Part shown: one piece after another, positions 63,514 through 64,000 of the stretch
How the letters are laid out: each line of letters opens with the position of its first letter
Numbering within the stretch: the stretch's first letter is position 1
NCBI RefSeq assembly: GCF_013149785.1
Contig: NZ_JABEZU010000001.1
Location: 1,302,001-1,366,000 of the forward strand
Direction of reading: 5' to 3'
DNA: 64,000 nt
Origin: Isoptericola halotolerans
GTDB taxonomy: Bacteria > Actinomycetota > Actinomycetes > Actinomycetales > Cellulomonadaceae
Translations under genes and position numbers: made by a program
The notes under the pieces: model-generated
What the model saw: the letters and a program-made list of their open reading frames with translations, nothing else
What the model was told of the DNA's origin: nothing
Databases searched by the model: none

Positions 63514-64000
63514 TCAGGAGGCGGTGCACTCCGCGGAGAGGTCTCCCGGCTCGCCCGTGCCCAGGAAGCCGAACGAGGTCGAGGCTCCGGCCGCGAGCCG
63601 ACCGTTCCACGCGGCGTTCGAGACGGTGCTGCCGGAGACCGTCCCGTTCCATGCCTGGCTGATCACCGCTCCGTCGACGACGACGTCCCAGCCGTCGATC
63701 GCCGCGTCACCGGCAGTGACAGTGACGTCGGCCTGGTATCCACCGGACCACGCGCTGGTGACGGACACGTCGGCGGAGCAGTCGCCGGGGTCGCCGGGAT
63801 CCTCACCATCGCCGGGGTCGCCGGGGTCGCCGGGGTCACCCGGGTCGCCAGGGTCGGCGGGGCCGTCCCCGACGATGTCGTCGCCACCGATGTTGATGTC
63901 GGAGCACAGGTAGTAGGGCTGGTCGGCGTGGCTGGCCTGCCAGACGGTGTAGAGCACCGCCCGCCCGTCGTAGCCGGTCAGGTCGACCTCGGCCTGGTAC
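63514..64000 (-). CDS. AA10 lytic polysaccharide monooxygenase with CBM2 (3' part only)
   Basis: LYTVWQASHADQPYYLCSDINI matches the C-terminus of cellulose-active AA10 enzymes, followed by a (DPG)n linker and a CBM2. The 5' end is outside the window. Confidence 0.85.
   Translation of the reverse strand, partial: YQAEVDLTGYDGRAVLYTVWQASHADQPYYLCSDINIGGDDIVGDGPADPGDPGDPGDPGDPGDGEDPGDPGDCSADVSVTSAWSGGYQADVTVTAGDAAIDGWDVVVDGAVISQAWNGTVSGSTVSNAAWNGRLAAGASTSFGFLGTGEPGDLSAECTAS

Overview
High-GC actinobacterial chromosome segment, most likely a cellulolytic Micrococcales member such as Cellulomonadaceae (inferred from gene content). A housekeeping backbone runs tRNA-His, orn, tRNA-Arg(UCU), dynamin-like GTPase pair, ssb, ettA, thioesterase ... 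tesB, glbO, mscS, malQ, pepN, M13 peptidase, rpiB, nei, eis-like, cysE/cysK. Accessory blocks interrupt it: a bioY/acyl-CoA ligase/thiolase/ECF-ATPase operon, an osmoprotectant ABC transporter, an MFS/TetR pair with a frameshifted CAAX protease, a free-standing PD-(D/E)XK homing-endonuclease-like gene back-to-back with tRNA-Arg(UCU), a second dynamin-like pair, and a ~16 kb cellulose/hemicellulose cluster (GH74, GH10, GH6, LacI regulator, sugar-sensor/PAS/degenerate-GGDEF protein, GH48). The three CAZyme promoters share a composite motif (CCTAAAnGTTTC plus a CebR-like box). Also seen: an in-frame doubly deleted topoisomerase IB remnant, a Cys-ending leader peptide upstream of cysK, several REP/MITE-like palindromes and the 3' end of an AA10 LPMO-CBM2 gene. 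I found no CRISPR array, integrase or transposase. All calls come from reading motifs by eye; no database searches were run, and some start codons are uncertain.
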